In this document: positions 54,043 to 64,000 of the stretch, one piece after another | How the letters are laid out: each line of letters opens with the position of its first letter | How positions within the stretch are numbered: position 1 is the stretch's first letter | Origin: Octopus vulgaris | Taxonomy: Eukaryota | Assembly (NCBI GenBank): GCA_951406725.2 | Contig: OX597814.1 | Span: forward strand, 186,000,001-186,064,000 | Length of the DNA stretch: 64,000 nt | Reading direction: 5' to 3' | Translations under genes and position numbers: made by a program | The notes under the pieces: generated by a model | What the model saw: the letters and a program-made list of their open reading frames with translations, nothing else | Databases searched by the model: none | What the model was told of the DNA's origin: nothing

Positions 54043-54473
54043 AATATATATATTAGAAGGTTGATGATGGTACACAGTATATATTCACATCTTACCAGAT
54101 GGATATTCTCTACTTTGAATCATCAATCCATCTGTTCCTGTAAATCGAAATGTATAAAAACAGTGGGAGAAGCCAGGGCATTACATAAACAACAGAAATT
54201 GTTTCCTCACTTTATGATGACTGACAAACTTTACACATTGTGGACAGATGTGATATAATTAACAGTTTTTGTGTCTATTGAAGTTGGCTGTGATATTTAA
54301 GGAATTCAAAGCCTTGTTTCTGAACATGTGCATATCGTTTATTTTTCACTTGTTTCAGTTATTGGGCTGTGACCATGCTGGAGTATTGTCTCGAACAATT
54401 TAGCTGAATAATTCAATGACAGTACTGTACTTATTCTGTCAGACTCTTTTCAAGGACACAAACAAATGAACAA

Positions 54474-54703
54474 TACTCCTTTACTCTTTTACTTGTTTCA
54501 GTCATTTGACTGCTGCCATGCTGGAGCACCGCCTTTAGTCGAGCAAATCGACCCCACCCCAGGACTTATTCTTTGTAAGCCTAGTACTTATTCTATCAGT
54601 TTCTTTTGCCGAACCACTAAGTTACAGGGACATAAACACACCAGCATCAGTTGTCAAGCGATGTTGGGGGGACAAACACAGACACACAAACATATACACA
54701 CAC

Positions 54704-54748
<45 letters not shown>

Positions 54749-55040
54749 TATATACGATGGGCTTCTTCCAGTTTCCGTCTACCAAATCCACTCACAAGGC
54801 TTTGGTCGGCCCGAGGCTATAGTAGAAGACACTTGCCCAAAGGGCCACGCAGTGGAACTGAACCCGGAACCACACACACACATACACACACACAAAAGAG
54901 ACTAATAGAATAAGTACTAGGCTTACAAAGAATAAGTCCTGGGGTCGATTTGCTCGACTAAAGACAGTGCTCCAGCATGGCCACAGTCAAATGACTGAAA
55001 CATGTAAAAGAGTAAAGAGTAAAAGAGTAAAGAGCAAGAG
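54474..55040. mobile_element. Family A copy (-) followed by an inverted family A tail (+)
   Basis: 54480-54608 is the reverse complement of 54893-55020. Confidence 0.85.
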
Positions 55041-55203
55041 TATAAAATTTTTAGAATATTTAGGAGGGCCCATCTATATAAAATAGGAATCAAAGGGGTC
55101 TATAGGTGAAAAATAGCTGAGAAACACTGATCTAGGCCCTTCTATTCTTTCTGTCTGCATCTCTGCTTTAGATTTTCTTAGACAACAAACTGGAAGTGTT
55201 AAA

Positions 55204-55412
55204 CCCTTTAGCATTCAAACTTCTCTGTCAAACATTATGCTTATTTATTCACGTTGTTTTGAATTGGTCATGCATTATTTCATAGCTTTAAGATTTTAAC
55301 GATTTGATTGTGTATTTTTAGAATGACATTGTAGGGTTGGTGTGAGAGGCCAAATCAGTCTGAACATCAAATATGTAGGATGTTTGGGCCAGACATGAGT
55401 GGTTTGAATGCT
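55204..55412. mobile_element. piggyBac-like MITE (family D), opposite orientation
   Basis: CCCTTTAGCATTCAAAC...GGTTTGAATGCT. Confidence 0.8.
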
Positions 55413-55604
55413 CTGTCTGACCTGCCTGGGAGGACCTGAAAAGTACATAGCTACTGCACCTCTTCCTTTGACTAACTTATAAAACAATTAAAAATATATG
55501 GGAGTCGTCATGAAAACAGATCTGTTCCCATTGCCATTAATCACTTGCTCCTTTGTAGTAGTGTTCTTCAGTAACATCTCAGAAGAAGACTCTATATTTT
55601 ATTT

Positions 55605-55831
55605 TTCTTTATTGCCCACAAGGGGCTAAACATAGAGGGGACAATCAAGGACAGACAAAGAGATTAAGTCTATTACATCGACTCCAGTGCACAACTGGTA
55701 CTTAATTTATTGACCCCGAAAGGATGAAAGGCAAAGTCGACCTCAGCAGAATTTGAACTCAGAACGTAGCGACAGATGAAATAACGCTAAGCATTTCGCC
55801 CAGCGTGCTAACGTTTCTGCCAGCTCACCGC
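55605..55831 (-). mobile_element. SINE family B with TSD
   Basis: CTCTATATTT on both sides. Confidence 0.9.
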
Positions 55832-56223
55832 TCTATATTTATGCCAGCTGCCGGTTCTATATTTATGTAGGGAAGTATAATGTTAAATGAAACTAAGAGG
55901 CCGAACTTATTGGATCATATGATCAGCGCCTGAAGCTACATTATAACTATTTTATTGTATTGATGAGCAAGTCACATATCTGTGCTTGCTTCAGTTTACT
56001 TAACTGACGACCAGTTCCAACAGGTTGAATTATTAGCAGTAGGATTATTTATCCGTAAAAATTTCCCCAACAAAACCATCTCTTACTGATCCATTTATCA
56101 AAATGTATACACTATCTCTATAGCTGTCATTACAGCAGACTCTCCTCTGAACATCTGATTACCCTATCTCTCCACCCACTTACACCCCACACACTGCTAA
56201 TAGTAATGGATGTAAAGCATGAA

Positions 56224-57536
56224 TAAAAATAAAAAGATATTTGCGTACAAATGGAAAAATGTATTTGTCCTTTGATGTTTGTATGACAACTGTCATGCAT
56301 ATATACACTTGATTCACAAAGCCACTTGACTTGTTCGCTTAACATCAATACCACCATACATCGACTGGTGTAGGTTGCAAAGAAGCTGGAGAAGTTTTGT
56401 GGATTTAGGAGAATTGCCATTATTTGCAATTTTGCAATGGTCAGGTTCTGGTATCAAATTGTTTGTTTTCAGCTATGATTAGACGAAACTCTTTTGTTGA
56501 CAAATACACAGAATATTAACTGGACATCAGAGGAAGAAGTTTATATATTTTGGATGTTTTGTTTCATGGGTAATGTCATTGTTTTCTGTCTTAATGTCAC
56601 TAGTTGAGAGATAGTTCAAATAGACAGAGAAAGAGAGACACTGACAGAGAGTGCAACAGAGACAAATAAACTAAAATTAGAAAAACAAAGGCATTGATTT
56701 CTCTGTTATAAATACCTATAGGAAACGGTGCCATTCATGCTATTTGGTTACTCTGTTACTATATCTGTTTAAATGAAATGAAGAAGAGGTAAGTGGAATT
56801 AAAACACAAATAAAAAAAGTAATGGGAAAAGAATGACTAAAATTGACAAATTGATTAGTGCATCACTTTCCATACATCTTAATTTTTTGTTTTTAAATTG
56901 ATATTGCAAAAGGACAATCCTTTTTTCCTTTGTATGTATCTGTTTATGTATGGAGTATCTAGCACAAATTGATGTTAGAAGTAATTTAAGGAAATAAAAT
57001 AATTAGATCAAAGCATTGAGTGTTTCTATGATAGGAAAAATTTGCTAGGGTTTCTTTTTCTTTTTTTTTTTTTAAATTAGAAAGTAAACAGCAATAGCTT
57101 GACTCTATTTGACATTTTCACTTCAAAGAGATGAAATGATTGTATGAGATTACCACTCGTCTATCTATATTTTGTGCATTAACCTGGTTCAGTGAATTAG
57201 TCCAAAAAGAAAAATGTTCAAGAAAGGCTATGCTACAGAGCAGTGATTCCCAAACTCTTTCAATCTCCACCCCTTGGCACATGGGCCACATGCCTAGCGC
57301 TACCTCCCTTCCACTTACCACCACAAACATAGACCACTTTCTGCAACAAATTCAAATCCACAAAACTTCTCCAACTTCTTTGCAATCTATACCAGTCAAT
57401 GTATGGTGGTATTGATGTTAAATGAACAAGTCAAGTGGTTTTGTGAAACAAGTGTAGTTATGCATGACAGTTGTCACACAAACATCCAAGGACAAATACA
57501 TTTTTCCATTTGTACACAAATATCTTTTTATTTTTA
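56224..57536. repeat. 183-bp inverted repeat pair (56224-56406 / 57354-57536)
   Basis: Manual alignment gives about 13 mismatches and no gaps. Confidence 0.92.
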
Positions 57537-57928
57537 ACCTAAAACTTAAACTAGGCACAGGAGTGGCTGTGTGGTAAGTAGGTTGCTTACCAACCACATG
57601 GTTCTGGGCTCTGTCTACTGCATTGGTACTTTGGGCAAGTGTCTTCTACTATAGCCTCGGGCTAACCAAAGCTTTGTGAGTGGATTTGGTAGATGGAAAC
57701 TGAAAGAAACCTATCATATATATATATATATATATATGATTCACAATCAAGGTGCAGAAATATCTTGGACTTTCCTCTGTCTCCTGTTTATGACAAAGAG
57801 CTTTGCTTGAAACATAAAAACTACCTTTCATTCCTTCCCTGAGCATCTGCTAATACTTTGCATGTACCACGTCCTCACATTGTTGTTTTTTTCGTGTTGT
57901 GTTTGTTCTTCATTATTTTGAGGATTTA

Positions 57929-57982
<54 letters not shown>

Positions 57983-58417
57983 TATCAATAATAATAAAGG
58001 GTAAAATTAATTAATCAATTTATAATTGATAATCTTACCAAGTAGTTTGGTATGTTAAAAGAACCATTATCAGTAAACTTATACAAAAATTATTATAATT
58101 ATGTTTATAATTATAATAATTTATATATATATATATGTTTTTGTGTCTGTGTTTGTCCCCCAACCATTGCTTGACAACCAATGTTGGTGTGTTTACGTCC
58201 CTGTAACTTAGTGGTTCAGCCTGGCATCGATTTGTTCGACTAAAGGCGGTGCTCCAGCATGGCTGCAGTCAAATGAGTGAAACAAATAAAAGAATAACCA
58301 ACCAACTATTTTGGGGTTTTTTACATCCATCACCCCCTTTTGACCACCTCATTATCACTACACTTTTCTTCAAAGCCTACCTTCACCCCTAGCAGGGCAG
58401 TACTTTTGGAACCACTG
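57241..58417. mobile_element. Putative hAT-like non-autonomous element with a nested SINE
   Basis: Ends CAGTGATTCCCAAA and TTTTGGAACCACTG; flanks CTACAGAG and TTGTAGAG (5/8 identical, all differences transitions). Confidence 0.5.
57552..58297 (+). mobile_element. SINE family A with two insertions in its TA tract (about 57738-57930 hammerhead-like fragment; about 57980-58120 AT-rich fragment)
   Basis: Family A head and tail flank the inserts; TTATGACAAAGAGCTTTGCTTGAAACATA in the first insert. Confidence 0.8.
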
Positions 58418-60339
58418 TTGTAGAGATTTTTAAAAGGTGGCAAAAACTAGTGGAGAAAGTGATTTGAATATTAATGTACGCAACAGCATGTTGAAGATGT
58501 GCTTTTGTACATCTTTGCTTTGGACACTGAACTTAATACTGATATATTCAAATAATTATAAGTTCAGGATTTAATTTTTTTTCTATGTATGCAAAGCCAA
58601 AAGTAAATTAAGTTCAAGTTGGAGGTAGGTAGTAAAGTAACCCTAATTTACTGATCTTCCACCTGCTATGTCAATTATCTTTAACTTGAACATCTCAGTG
58701 TGTCAAGCAGCTGTGTTAGCTAAGAACTCCATAAAAACCGGAAATTAGTGATACTTTGGTTGTTAGTACATCTAATTTCAGAGGCACATATTGATTTTTA
58801 TTTAGGAGAAGAAAAAAGAATAATTTGCTGCACTTGTAAGACATCTCTGATAGATATCGTTATTTCTGGCTTTCTCCCCCACCCCACCAGAGTTGTCTTT
58901 TAAATATTTCACCAAAAGTTTCTATTTTTTTATCATTATTATTCTTTTTTAATGTTTACCAAAATTGTACATAAATCTACTATATTGCCAGCAGTCTTCT
59001 AGGAAATTTTATTTTCTGCCCTCTTTCTCTCTCTCTCTCTCTCTCTCTTTTATTTATTCACTGTCTTATTTTTATTTTCTTTCCCCTATATCTTACTGTT
59101 CATTATTGTATCGCAAATATTTTTTATGGAGTGATAATATTTGCAATAATAGTAGTGGCAATAACAATCGAAGCAGTTGAAGAAGTAGGGAAGTTTAGAG
59201 AAGGTTGTGCTGGCAAAAAGAAAAATGTGTTTTGTTTTGGCATGATTGGTGTGAGCAATGTGGTGGCACTGCTGTACATAACAGCAGTTCAACCAATTAA
59301 CATTTTATTTGCTTCCTTTTTTTTTTTTTTCTTTTAAATTCACTGCGACAATCTTTAACTAGTTTCCAGAGCAGGAAACTGCCATGCCAAACAAAATCAA
59401 AATAGCCAAGAAAATAGAATAAAACCACATTATTTACAAGAATTATCAACTAGAAATTGCGTATTTCAGATACTGAATAAAATAAAATTTTTTAAAATAT
59501 TTAAAATTTGCAAAGAAAAATATATATAAATAAATTAACAATAAAGCTAGTGAGCCAGAGTTGAAAATACCCACAAAAGCAGGAAGAATGTGTTTATGGA
59601 TACTAAATAAAAGAGGGGTGGGGCAGTATAAATGTTGTTTTTACTAACCCAGAGTTGCTGGTAGCAATAATTCCCTTGATGCTATGACTAATATGAGGTT
59701 TCAAATACAAAGCACCACCAAGAAAATGTTCATGGGTGGGGAATAAAAGAAAGGTTTTGTGGTTGCTCTAAAGGGGAATACGATGAAAGATTCTAATCTT
59801 TTAGGAATTTTGCTGCTAACATATGCAGAACATCCTGATGTTAGCTTCGTGTTTTTGGGGGCATTTTTTTGTTTTAGTTTTTTTTTATTTCATTTTTTAA
59901 TTTTTTTTTTTGCATCTTGCCACATAATGGATAGGGCATGCTTGTAGGATCACACAAAGCTCTGTCACCAAACTTATGCATGTTACAGCTGTCTGTCACA
60001 TATCTCCTCCGCTCCATTCTTTTTATGTGTACCACAGCTGTCTCTCATACCAAACCACTTTCTTTTTCATGCTTATGTGTATTGCAGCTGGTTCTCTCAC
60101 CAGATGTACTGTCTCCTTCTTTTGAGCACCATTCTGTCACAAGACCTGTTCCATTTCATGCTCTTGTATATCATTGCTTCTTCTGTCACCAGATCTATCT
60201 CATTTCCCATTTTTGTTTCTTCTTTCACACACATCTTTGCTTCCAATATTTCGTTACATTTATCCTCCCTTCACTTTCTGTTTTCTCATTTCCCCCCAAT
60301 TTCTCTTCTACCCTAATTTTCCCATTGTCCTCTTCTCTA

Positions 60340-60395
<56 letters not shown>
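60340..60395. repeat. (CT)n microsatellite
   Basis: Read directly. Confidence 0.95.
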
Positions 60396-60401
<6 letters not shown>

Positions 60402-61650
60402 ATCTATCTATCTTTACATATATTTATTTCCATGTCTTACTTTGTCTTTCTAAAAAGGTAAGTGGGAAAGGAGAAAGAAAAGAATTTCCTTTTAAAAATG
60501 TTCATTGACAATACACTAATTTTATGTAAGATTTTGCTATGCATTATAAAATACTCTCTCTCTCTCTCCCAATACATTTCTTAGTTTCTTTCCTTTCTCT
60601 CACATGCCACAATCCTTCTCTCTCCACCAAGAATCCCTCACTTCCATCTTATTGTATTTCCTTCGTAAATTTAACCAGAAAACTAGCCAGAAATCACCCA
60701 CCAAGACCGAACTTCCATTCTTTACTCTTTTTCCAACCTCATACAGTTTGGGGTTGAGGTTACATGAGATGTTATTTTTGTTTTATTGTTATCAGATTGC
60801 CACCCATCAAGGCCTCCTTCATCCTTTTCAGCAGCTTCTTTACTCCCTTCCTTTAGAGTTGGGGAAAAGTATACATACACTTCTCAATGCCCTCTTTGTC
60901 CTAACCCTTCACCATGTTCTCTTTTACAAGACTTGCCTGTCATTCTCCATCTTCCTTGTAATGTTACCCGTCCTTTACTCCAAGTCATTTCTTGTCCTGG
61001 TCTAGCCCACCCTTATTCCACATTACAACCAATCAATTTACACATACCCCTATCCTTCATAAATTTCAACAACTTTAAGAAGAAAAGGCAAAAAGAAAAA
61101 TTGTTATCTTATTCTATTATCTCACCCTACAAAATTCCATTCCACTTACCCATTCATTCAACTGGCAAATTATCTTTTTGATAGTCTTCAAATTTATCAG
61201 CAAATTTGTCCCAAAGTAGCTTGATCAAGTGTAATTACTATCATTGCTCCCCCCACTACAATGTCCAGCATATGCTGATATCAGCATAACTGTTACAGGC
61301 ACTGATTAACATTGAATTTCCCCACAACCCATTGAAACAATAGCTTAAATATATTTATCAGATAGTTAAAATACAAGAAATTGTTGCTGCAAAATCATAG
61401 ATTTTGTCTCTTATCAGATTATGTTTACTTGTACAAGATGTATTTTATTTCAATTTAATCACATAACATTCTTAAATTAGGAAAATTATTGTGATGTTTA
61501 TAATTCTCATGTCTGTCTGTCTATCTGTCAGCATACATGCATGCATGTCATTACTCAGTTTTATTCCAAGATTTCTTGCCAATAGAGAAAGAGCCAATTT
61601 CTAACCTAGATCTAAGGCTCCTTCATTGGAATTTCAACATCAACAACAGG

Positions 61651-61659
61651 GTATATATG

Positions 61660-61693
<34 letters not shown>

Positions 61694-61768
61694 TGTATGT
61701 ATGTATGTATGTATGTATGTATGTATGTATGTATGTATGTATGTATGTATGTATGTATGTATGTATAC
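61651..61768. repeat. (GTAT)n microsatellite
   Basis: Read directly. Confidence 0.95.
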
Positions 61769-61994
61769 ATACGTGCAGATTTGTATGTTTTGTTTTATGT
61801 ATGTATTCTATTGCATATACTTGCATATCTATATATTGTCATATATACTTAAATGATAAACTTTTGCTAAGTTTTACAGATTCTTACAATTTCAATGATG
61901 GGTTTGATCTGTAGTTTTCAAATCAGCTTTCTCCTTTCTGGTTTTAAGAAGCCTAAGTTCTCAAGATTGATATTTAGGCAGTGTATTACATATC

Positions 61995-62202
61995 CCAGGG
62001 CCCCACCTGCAAGGCCATGCACTGTTTATCTTTATATGAAATCACCATGTTACAGACATATGGTTGTGATGCATGTGCCTAGTGTACCCTTATCAGATGG
62101 ATAGTCATGATGGTTATATTGGGTTTCATATATTTGTACCCAAGTGTCACTTTGATGGAATGCACTGCTCTCTCATTCAATAATAATAATAATAATAATA
62201 AT
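61995..62202 (+). mobile_element. LINE 3' end with (AAT)n tail, same family as 35010-35550
   Basis: GGCCCCACCTGCAAGG...CACTTTGATGG...CTCTCTCATTCAATAATAAT. Confidence 0.75.
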
Positions 62203-62895
62203 ATATATATATACATACATACATACACATATACATATATATATATAAAGAAACTTTAAAGTGCCAAGTGAGTTGGTATTTTACAGAAAATAAAGAAAAT
62301 CTCAAATGCAAAACAGCTTAGAAGATCAGGTAAATACCTTTAGAAGCCGTTACTGAGAATCAAACCCTGTACCACTCAAATTCAGGTTGAGCACTCTGTA
62401 CCATATATTTTAAGCTATAGGGAGTGCATCTAAGTCTATATTATCCAATGTATCTTTCATTTATTGAGATTATAGATTGTGGTTTGTGCAAGATTTAGCT
62501 GCTTTTCTGCAGATCAAATAAAAGCATGGACATTTTTTCATTATCTCGTCTTTATTTACTCACCTTTTCTTTTTTATTGGCCAGACCTAATTGAAGATAA
62601 GAACCCTTTCTTTATTTTTCATTTTGCTTTTCATCTTCTCATTTTTTTTTTGAAAGAGCATTCTACTGCAAAACAAATTCTTAAAATACAATAAACAGTA
62701 AAGTTCTCAGAGTTATTAGGTTATTAGGTACTTTACAGAATTTAGTTCTATGGTTTTTTTGTTTTTTTTACTTTTAATCTGAGTTCAACTCTTGATAGAT
62801 CAAGAAAATAATTATCAGTAATACTACCTTTATACTTCTTTTTTTTACAACACTATGATAAAAATTGATATAAAGGAAAAAAATCACAGTAAGCA

Positions 62896-63014
62896 AATAA
62901 CGATCATATCACGTTGAAAGCACCAATTCTCATCTGATCACCGAAGTTAAGCAACATCGAGCCCAGTTAGTACTTAGATAGGTGACCACTTGGGAAACCT
63001 AGGTGCTGTAAGTA
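62896..63014 (+). pseudogene. 5S rRNA: 5S rRNA pseudogene or 5S-derived SINE head
   Basis: CGATCATATCACGTTGAAAGCACC...GATCACCGAAGTTAAGCAAC...TTAGTACTTAGATAGGTGACC...GGTGCTGTA follows metazoan 5S over about 119 nt, with CpG-type transitions; solitary, no T-run terminator. Confidence 0.9.
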
Positions 63015-63329
63015 TTACAAAAGGCAGGGCTCCAGCATGGCCACAGTCAAATGACTGTAAAATAGTAAAAGAGACAGGAAGACCAAAAATTAGTCCTATA
63101 CCTAATCAAAATATGTCTGTATGAACTGGGTCGGATGGTGGCTCACTTGAGTTGTGGAGCGCTCACTGGTGAAATTAGGATTACTAACCTGGATTTTGCA
63201 GATGTTGCAGTTATTCTTGTTGGGTTTCTGGATGTCTGAAGGAGTACTCTCCTTTCATTGAGTGAGGAAGAAGAGCTACTTGACCTTATAATTTTGGGGG
63301 TCAAGGGAAAGATCAAGTCTTTTGTTGAC

Positions 63330-64000
63330 TTCATTTGTATGAACTGAATTGTACAGCTGTTGTGGAAGTGGGGTCACAATCAGTGGGTGTAGGATCAGTC
63401 AGCTATTTGCAGGTGACATGGTATTACTTAGCTTATCAGGTGAATTTGGCATGTACTGAATGAGTTTGCTGCCAATCACTGCAATGCAGTATTGAGAATT
63501 AGTACTGCAAAGACTGAGACATTGGTCCTCTCAAGAAAGTCTTTTGATGATGATGATGATGAAGTGGAGAAGTTTAAGTATCTTGGGGCCATATTCACAA
63601 GTCACAGAAAGCAAGAGGCTGAATTAGATGTTATATTTGCAGGTTCAGCATTCAGTCATCAGAAGAAAGGAGTTTGGTAAAAAATTAAAAAAACAGCCTC
63701 GCTCCCTTCAATTCAATTTTTGTGCCCATCTTCACCTATAGTCATAAATGATGGTAGCAACCATAAGAGTACGATTATGAGCACAAGCAGCCGAAATGGG
63801 ATTCCCCAAAGGATCTCTGGAGTAATATTACTCAATAAGGCACACATCATAGCTCTGAGATCAAGGACACTCTCCAGGTCAAGCTACATCTTCTGCACAT
63901 TGATAGGTCACAGCTCCAGTCCTATGGGTTAGAATGTTGCAGGGAAGGATTGCAAGAACGATTCATCAAGCCAAACCAACCAGCAGGAGACTTAGGGGTA
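63330..64000 (+). mobile_element. Degenerate RTE-clade LINE fragment (RT C-terminal half)
   Basis: QLFAGDMVLL (decayed FADD), RISTAKTETLVLSRK, EVEKFKYLGAIFTS; stops and frameshifts. Confidence 0.85.

Noticed and set aside
61271-61288. 18-bp perfect palindrome TATGCTGATATCAGCATA
   Set aside because: Isolated, with no context supporting a function
62896-63014. Functional 5S rRNA gene
   Set aside because: Solitary, many transitions including in the C box, no oligo-T terminator

Overview
AT-rich eukaryotic non-coding DNA, either a very long intron or intergenic sequence. It is most likely from an Octopus (coleoid cephalopod) genome; this is inferred from the tRNA-derived SINE families and microsatellite load, not from a search. 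No intact protein-coding gene, CRISPR array or functional tRNA is supported. The window holds dozens of SINE copies in four families (my labels A, B, C, OR-like), decayed RTE/BovB-like and R4/Dong LINE fragments, three mariner remnants, piggyBac-, hAT- and Merlin/Mutator-like MITEs, a 5S rRNA pseudogene and long simple repeats. Leads in order of interest: (1) a (TA)n-associated repeat family with a minimal hammerhead-ribozyme-like core; (2) SINE family C built of tandem hairpin plus H-type pseudoknot modules; (3) a 5S head fused to the family A SINE tail; (4) a 183-bp inverted duplication inside a hAT-like shell; (5) a 95-nt pre-miRNA-like hairpin; (6) candidate minus-strand first exons and an AG|GT recursive or micro-exon site. 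Repeat boundaries were read by eye and are approximate unless a target-site duplication (TSD) is quoted.
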